A stretch of DNA of 22,606 bases from a virus, in UHGV virus genome UHGV-1468108; one strand, given 5' to 3'. Below are positions 19,132 through 22,606 of this stretch, piece after piece; the first letter of the stretch is position 1, and each line of letters begins with the position of its first letter. The position numbers and the translations under genes were made by a program. A model generated the notes under the pieces. That model ran no database searches. It was not told the origin of the DNA and worked only from the letters and a program-made list of their open reading frames with translations.

Positions 19132-19157
19132 ACCCAGCTTCGGCTGGGTTTTTTTAT
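19132..19157 (+). terminator. Rho-independent terminator after ant
   Basis: ACCCAGC-TTCG-GCTGGGT hairpin followed by a T7 run. Confidence 0.6.
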
Positions 19158-19213
19158 GCCCAAAATTCACCGTAGCCATGCTGCGGCGATTCCTTGTATC
19201 TGGAGCAAATTAA

Positions 19214-21145
19214 ATGACAGATATCACCGCAAATGTTGTGGTAAGCATGCCTTCGCAACTCTTCACTATGGCGCGTTCTTTTAAAGCCGTAGCCAATGGC
19301 AAAATTTATATCGGCAAAATTGACACTGACCCGGTAAATCCTGAAAACCAGATTCAGGTTTATGTGGAGAACGAAGACGGTTCTCACGTTCCTGTATCGC
19401 AACCAATCATCATTAACGCTGCTGGTTACCCGGTATATAACGGACAGATTGCCAAATTCGTAACTGTGCAAGGCCATTCTATGGCTGTTTATGATGCGTA
19501 TGGTGCACAGCAGTTCAAATTCCCAAATGTGCTGAAGTACGACCCGGATCAGTTCACAAATCGCCTAGCCGATGTTTATGGCTCAACGCTGGTTGGAGGA
19601 GCGTATTTTTCTGATATAAGAACTTATTCTGAGAAATCAAAAAAAATATATTGCCTTGGGAGGTTAGAGTTATTTGATGGCGGAGAAGGATGGTTTTATT
19701 TAGATGATACAGACACTACGAGCGATGATGATGATGGAATCATTTTGGTTGGGGCTTCCGGTAGGAGATGGAAGAGGGTAATAGAAGGGAGCTACAAACC
19801 CGAATGGTGGGGAGCAGATCCTACTGATACCGTTGATTGCCATGCAGCATTTACAAAATGCATCGCTGCTGCACGGGGTAAAGAAATTAGTTTAAGTGGT
19901 AAATATAAATTTTCAAAACCACTTGTTATTGACTTTAATGATGAGGCGAGCCTGAAAATAACAGGTACTGGCTCTTATAATCATATGGCAAATGCCAAAA
20001 CTAAAAACCTTTGCTATTTAAATTTTGATTCTATACCGCAAAATTCGCGTGCCATTACTTTTAAGGGAGTAAGAGGTCTGGTTTTAGAAGATTTTCATAT
20101 ATCGCATCGTGCCGGTGGTAGTTCGATGTCAGTCGCTTTATGGCTGACTAAAATAGATGATTTTAGATTAACTGGTATTACTGTGGATTCCGATACTGGA
20201 CCTGGGGGGCAAGGTATCCGCTTTGGGGAATCTGATGGCACAGACTGTGCTTTCATGGGGAATATCTCTCATTGCAAAGTGTGGATGCATGGAGGTGGCC
20301 CTTCTTTCTGTGTGCAACCGGCATGTACTTCATTGCTGTTTGAAAACTGTTATGGCATTGGTGGTTGTTTCTATTTCCAAAATTGTATCTATTGCTCTAT
20401 GAACACTTGTGCAAGTGAAGGAAGTGAAGTTTCTGGGTATGGCTATATACTGCATTCTGTTGAAGGGTTTACTGCTATCAACTGCGCAGGGGAAGGAAAT
20501 AAGTTAGGTGTTTTTTATCTAACTACAGGGTGTTCTCAAGTAGTTCTTACCTCCCCATATGGCGCAGGGAATGGAAATCTTACTGGAGACATAGATGGAG
20601 CCCTGGTTAAGTTGGATGGCACATCCGGTGCCAATAGTAATATTTTGATAGAAAACCCAGTATCACATTCGCAGGTAGGTAATGTGACATCTGATATTAA
20701 TGCTGTAGGCGTCAATGGGCACACAGAAATAACTAATGTGTATTCAGAAAAACTAACAAAAGGAATAGCTGGTTCTGATTCCTGGATTCAGAACTATTTA
20801 ACAATTACAGGAGATTTGAGTTGTCGCGACTTTATACCTGGGATCCCTGGTTGGACAGCTCCAGGAGGTGCGTTAATTGAAGGAAAATTTACAAGAAATA
20901 ATAAGATTGTATCTTTTTCGGTTAAAGTGTCGCCAACAAACTATCTTTCATGTGAACATGGTCTATCAAAAACGACACTTCCGTCATTTGGAGGGCTGTT
21001 ATATGGAGGTGCAGCACAGGTTTCGAATACTGCTGGTACGAACTATGGATCTGCGATGATCGATACTAACGGTGTGGTTTGGATGCCAAACATAACCAGT
21101 ACGTCAAATGCAATAATCATAAGTGGGTCTGTGTTAACAAACTAA
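19214..21145 (+). CDS. gp9: Tailspike protein: P22 gp9-like head-binding domain fused to a divergent receptor-binding domain
   Basis: N-terminal ~115 aa ([13 protein letters not shown]...[25 protein letters not shown]...[15 protein letters not shown]...NVLKYDPDQ) match the P22 tailspike head-binding domain. The remainder is AT-rich and Cys-rich ([56 protein letters not shown]) and unlike P22. Confidence 0.9.
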   Translation: MTDITANVVVSMPSQLFTMARSFKAVANGKIYIGKIDTDPVNPENQIQVYVENEDGSHVPVSQPIIINAAGYPVYNGQIAKFVTVQGHSMAVYDAYGAQQFKFPNVLKYDPDQFTNRLADVYGSTLVGGAYFSDIRTYSEKSKKIYCLGRLELFDGGEGWFYLDDTDTTSDDDDGIILVGASGRRWKRVIEGSYKPEWWGADPTDTVDCHAAFTKCIAAARGKEISLSGKYKFSKPLVIDFNDEASLKITGTGSYNHMANAKTKNLCYLNFDSIPQNSRAITFKGVRGLVLEDFHISHRAGGSSMSVALWLTKIDDFRLTGITVDSDTGPGGQGIRFGESDGTDCAFMGNISHCKVWMHGGGPSFCVQPACTSLLFENCYGIGGCFYFQNCIYCSMNTCASEGSEVSGYGYILHSVEGFTAINCAGEGNKLGVFYLTTGCSQVVLTSPYGAGNGNLTGDIDGALVKLDGTSGANSNILIENPVSHSQVGNVTSDINAVGVNGHTEITNVYSEKLTKGIAGSDSWIQNYLTITGDLSCRDFIPGIPGWTAPGGALIEGKFTRNNKIVSFSVKVSPTNYLSCEHGLSKTTLPSFGGLLYGGAAQVSNTAGTNYGSAMIDTNGVVWMPNITSTSNAIIISGSVLTN

Positions 21146-21180
21146 TAAATTGATGTGATGGGGCATGGATGGGGCAAAAA

Positions 21181-21229
21181 TTAGCGCAAAACAACTCAAA
21201 ATCATCACAGGTTAAGATTCGTCTTGCGC
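21181..21229. terminator. Inverted repeat between convergent tailspike and integrase; possible bidirectional terminator
   Basis: TAGCGCAA (21182-21189) pairs with TTGCGCTA (21221-21228) around a ~31-nt loop; T-run on the minus-strand side (AAAAAT on + at 21176-21181). Confidence 0.3.
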
Positions 21230-21236
21230 TAATGAT

Positions 21237-22391
21237 TCATGCTTTTCCGTCAATGAAATCAGCCCACCACTGCATCATTTCTCTGCGCTTATCCAGATAC
21301 TGAGCATGGTTGTAAATCCCGCGCACAGATCCGCCGTTGGCATGTGCCAGTTGCACTTCAATAGCATCAGCGGGCCATTCGTGCTCGTTCATAATCGTGC
21401 TGAATTCATGCCTGAATCCGTGACCGCTTTCCAGACCTTCATAGCCGATTTGTTTGATTACAAGCAGCACCGCATTCTCGCAGATTGGCTTCTTCTTATC
21501 GTTTCGCCCGGCAAAAACAAACTCTGATACTGGTTTGGTGATGGAGCTTAACGTAGTGAGAAGTTCAACCACCTGGTCTGACATCGGGACCACATGAATT
21601 TTGCGTCCTTTCATCACACTGGCGTCGATGGTGATAATCCTGTTTTCAAAATCGACGTTCTTCCATAGCATGGAACGAAGCTCTTTCGTTCTTAGGGCAG
21701 TGTAGCGTAAAACTTTGGTCGCAATGAGCGATACGATACTTCCTGAAAATGTTGCCAGTGCTTTGTTGAATGCAGGGATCTGGTCTGCTGGAAGAAACGG
21801 GAAGTTCTTCTTGCGGTATCCTTTCATGGCGTCTGCAAGGTCAGGTGCCGGGTTATATTTAGCCCTTCCGGTGACAATAGCGTAACGGAAAACCTCGCCG
21901 CATCTTCTGCGTGCTTTGTTGGCTCGCTCCATTGCACCGCGATCTTCAAATCTGCGGATTACTTCCAACAGTTGCATCGGCTCAATATCCTGAATCTCAA
22001 GACCGCCGATGATGGGTAAAATGTCGTCATCAAACATTTTGGCAAGTTCAGTTGCATAGCCTACTGACCAGACTTGCTTCTTGTGCTCGTACCATTCCTT
22101 GTAAATCGCACTAAAGGAATTGTTGTTAGACGAAGCCTTTTTCGCTTTTACCGGATCGATGCCAACCGAGATGTCTTTCCTCGCGGTCCATGCTTTATCC
22201 CTTGCCTCTTGCAAAGTCATAAGCGGATATTTTCCGACGGTCAGGATTTTCTCCTTACCGTCAATCTTGTAGCGAAGCTGCCATACCTTTTTCCCGGATA
22301 CAGGGACATAAAGGTACAGGCCATTACCATCGAGAAGGCGGTATGGTTTTTCTTTCGGCTTTGCTGCTTCAATCTGCTTAACGGTGAGCAT
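21237..22391 (-). CDS. int: Tyrosine integrase, P4-type (DUF4102-like N-terminal arm-binding domain)
   Basis: MLTVKQIEAAKPKEKPYRLLDGNGLYLYVPVSGKKVWQLRYKIDGKEKILTVGKYP is the typical P4-family N-terminus; the C-terminal catalytic region has HGFRHEFST...LAHANGG...RGIYNHAQY (R, H-x-x-R and Tyr nucleophile context). Alternative GTG start at 22427. Confidence 0.85.
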   Translation of the reverse strand: MLTVKQIEAAKPKEKPYRLLDGNGLYLYVPVSGKKVWQLRYKIDGKEKILTVGKYPLMTLQEARDKAWTARKDISVGIDPVKAKKASSNNNSFSAIYKEWYEHKKQVWSVGYATELAKMFDDDILPIIGGLEIQDIEPMQLLEVIRRFEDRGAMERANKARRRCGEVFRYAIVTGRAKYNPAPDLADAMKGYRKKNFPFLPADQIPAFNKALATFSGSIVSLIATKVLRYTALRTKELRSMLWKNVDFENRIITIDASVMKGRKIHVVPMSDQVVELLTTLSSITKPVSEFVFAGRNDKKKPICENAVLLVIKQIGYEGLESGHGFRHEFSTIMNEHEWPADAIEVQLAHANGGSVRGIYNHAQYLDKRREMMQWWADFIDGKA

Positions 22392-22552
22392 GGGTAAAAA
22401 TCCGGTGGGTAAAATTATTTTATCCACTTTTTACCCGTCATGGAGTGCGGCTGTCAACGATCTGACGCGAACCATTACGAACTGTTAATCTACGGAAGGC
22501 TTGATATTCAGGGGATTTTGCGGACTGGTACGGATGGGAGCGAACTGATAAA

Positions 22553-22606
22553 TGGTGTCCCCTGCAGGAATCGAACCTGCAATTAGCCCTTAGGAGGGGC
22601 TCGTTA
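22553..22606 (-). tRNA. argW: tRNA-Arg (CCU anticodon, argW-like), 3' 54 nt; runs off the window edge
   Basis: The minus strand reads ...TAACGAGCCCCTCCTAAGGGCTAATTGCAGGTTCGATTCCTGCAGGGGACACCA: anticodon stem-loop with CCT, T-arm GGTTCGATTCC, acceptor stem and CCA end. Could be the chromosomal gene at the attachment junction or the phage-borne attP copy. Confidence 0.8.

Larger units (their letters stand above)
1..22552. mobile_element. P22-like temperate phage / prophage, late-gene arm through integrase; window starts inside the element
   Basis: Collinear gene order matching P22 (portal-scaffold-coat-4-10-26-14-7-20-16-mnt-arc-ant-9), plus integrase next to a tRNA-Arg 3' end. Confidence 0.8.

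Noticed and set aside
22392-22427. GTG start at 22427 extending the integrase by 12 codons (MDKIILPTGFLP)
   Set aside because: P4-type integrases begin at the conserved M-LT-x-x-x-I-x-x-x-KP motif, which corresponds to the ATG at 22391; the extension has no better ribosome-binding site. Kept as an alternative.
1-22606. CRISPR array or other tandem repeat array
   Set aside because: No regularly spaced direct repeats were seen anywhere in the window. The GATGATGATGATGG run at about 19725 is simply codons for an Asp tract inside the tailspike.

Overview
The window is the late (right) arm of a P22-like temperate phage or prophage from an enterobacterial host, running from the lysis cassette to the integrase and an argW-type tRNA-Arg at the window edge. 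All calls are from reading the sequence and recalled protein families; no database search was run. Gene order on the + strand is: lambda-type endolysin R (3' part), Rz with embedded Rz1, a KilA-N protein, a small ORF, small and large terminase, portal, scaffold, coat, gp4, gp10, tail needle gp26, gp14, ejection proteins gp7/gp20/gp16, then the immI region (mnt, arc, ant), tailspike, integrase and tRNA. Three stretches are AT-rich relative to the rest and look horizontally acquired. The first is an HNH homing-endonuclease gene inserted at codon 31 of gene 10, leaving a 34-codon 5' remnant upstream and a recoded but complete gene 10 downstream. The second is a two-gene cargo between gene 16 and mnt, where P22 carries sieA: a signal-peptide protein and a 193-aa protein translationally coupled to mnt. 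The third is the receptor-binding part of the tailspike, which is cysteine-rich and unlike P22 downstream of the conserved head-binding domain. I regard the HNH insertion and the mnt-linked cargo as the most likely undescribed biology here.
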